Virus record (IMG/VR): IMGVR_UViG_3300030099_004448
Location: 62,001-126,000 of that record
Reading direction: 5' to 3' (one strand)
Length of the DNA: 64,000 nt
Positions 63,224 to 64,000 of this stretch are shown one piece after another (within the stretch, counting starts at the first letter, position 1; the number at the start of each line of letters is the position of its first letter). Made by a program: the position numbers and the translations under genes. A model generated the notes under the pieces. That model was not told the DNA's origin. It did not search any database and saw only the letters and a list, made by a program, of their open reading frames with translations.

Positions 63224-64000
63224 AAGTTGGAATGATTGGACTAGGACGGATGGGTGAAGGCATGTCTCGCCGTCTTATTGCAGCAGGACACGAAGTACAT
63301 GGGTATCGTAACAATGTTAAAAAAGCTGAAGAACAATATGAGAAGGGTTATATCAGTGGATTTACCACTTCTCTGGAAAGCCTTGTTCAAGTAATAAAAA
63401 CAGGTGTTGGAACACTTACCCAGGAAGAATCAAAATCTCCTGGAGTCTATATGATGGTAGTACCAGCAGAGACCGTAGAGGATACACTTAATGAGCTATT
63501 ACAGTTTTGTAACGAGGGAGATATTATTATTGATCATGGCAATAGTAATTTTAAGGACAGTCGGAGACGGGCAGAACGTCTTGCAAAACTGGGCATCCAA
63601 TATCTTGACTGTGGTACTAGTGGTGGTGTGTATGGTCTGGAGCGTGGATTCTGTCTCATGGTTGGTGGCGGAAAGTCTGCAGTCGATGTCTGCCGTCCAC
63701 TCTTTGACGCACTCTCACCAGGCATCGGTGCCGCTCCTAGGACCAATGATTCAGACAACTTCACATGGTATCCTGAGGAGTATGGATGGATCTACGCTGG
63801 TCCAGCTGGTGCAGGTCATTTTGTAAAGATGGTTCACAATGGAATCGAATACGGAATCATGCAAGCCTACGCCGAAGGCTTTAATATCCTGCATGAGGCT
63901 AATGCTGGGTCAGTTTATGTTAAAGAGGGCGATGCTGAGGTTGCTCCGATGGAGAATCCGAAAGACTATTGCTACGACATTGACGTTGCTAAAGTGGCTG
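63220..64000 (+). CDS. gnd: 6-phosphogluconate dehydrogenase (3'-truncated by window edge)
   Basis: Not in ORF track; MKVGMIGLGRMG, MVVPA, IDHGNS, DCGTSGG, GAGHFVKMVHNGIEYGIMQAYAEG. Confidence 0.97.
   Translation, partial: MKVGMIGLGRMGEGMSRRLIAAGHEVHGYRNNVKKAEEQYEKGYISGFTTSLESLVQVIKTGVGTLTQEESKSPGVYMMVVPAETVEDTLNELLQFCNEGDIIIDHGNSNFKDSRRRAERLAKLGIQYLDCGTSGGVYGLERGFCLMVGGGKSAVDVCRPLFDALSPGIGAAPRTNDSDNFTWYPEEYGWIYAGPAGAGHFVKMVHNGIEYGIMQAYAEGFNILHEANAGSVYVKEGDAEVAPMENPKDYCYDIDVAKVA

Noticed and set aside
1098-63764. Numerous minus-strand and alternate-frame ORFs in the track (e.g. 1098..1610, 19975..20571, 33227..33763, 63491..63826)
   Set aside because: They overlap well-supported + strand genes, lack recognisable motifs and are the expected shadows of codon bias
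1-64000. CRISPR arrays, tRNAs, rRNAs, transposases, integrases
   Set aside because: No regularly spaced repeats, cloverleaf/TTCGA-arm patterns in intergenic DNA, or mobile-element motifs found by eye; tRNAscan or Infernal would be needed to exclude them fully

Overview
This 64 kb window is from a T4-like marine cyanomyovirus (Kyanoviridae type). All credible genes are on the + strand. It runs from the head genes (gp22 3' part, gp23, gp3) through the conserved replication/recombination module (uvsY, uvsW, gp55, gp47, gp46, vWA-peptidase/CobS-like AAA pair, gp45, gp44, gp62, regA, hsp20, gp43, uvsX, gp41, mazG). A block of late, probably head-packaged proteins follows, then gp61, nrdA/nrdB, a tail-fibre-like block and host-derived metabolic genes (ndhD, PTOX, zwf, gnd 5' part). 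Eight genes carry 2OG-Fe(II) oxygenase-type domains. The strongest unexplained signal is a dnaX-type -1 programmed frameshift cassette at ~41980-42036: SD-like GGAG, in-frame A AAA AAG, stop codon, 6-nt spacer, 13-bp hairpin. It would fuse a 675-aa modular virion polyprotein to a downstream ORF lacking a good start, giving ~1009 aa. Other highlights are a hydroxylase + GT-like + Rossmann-like tri-domain enzyme cassette beside a Pro/Ala/Lys-repeat protein, a self-contained ndhD cassette, a DruA/DUF4338-like gene, an AACTGTCCAC-N28-TATAAT promoter pair, two candidate late small RNAs flanking hsp20, and a hairpin predicted to occlude the translation-initiation region of the tail-fibre gene. No tRNA, rRNA, CRISPR array, intron or intein was seen. 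All family assignments come from motif recognition by eye, not database searches.
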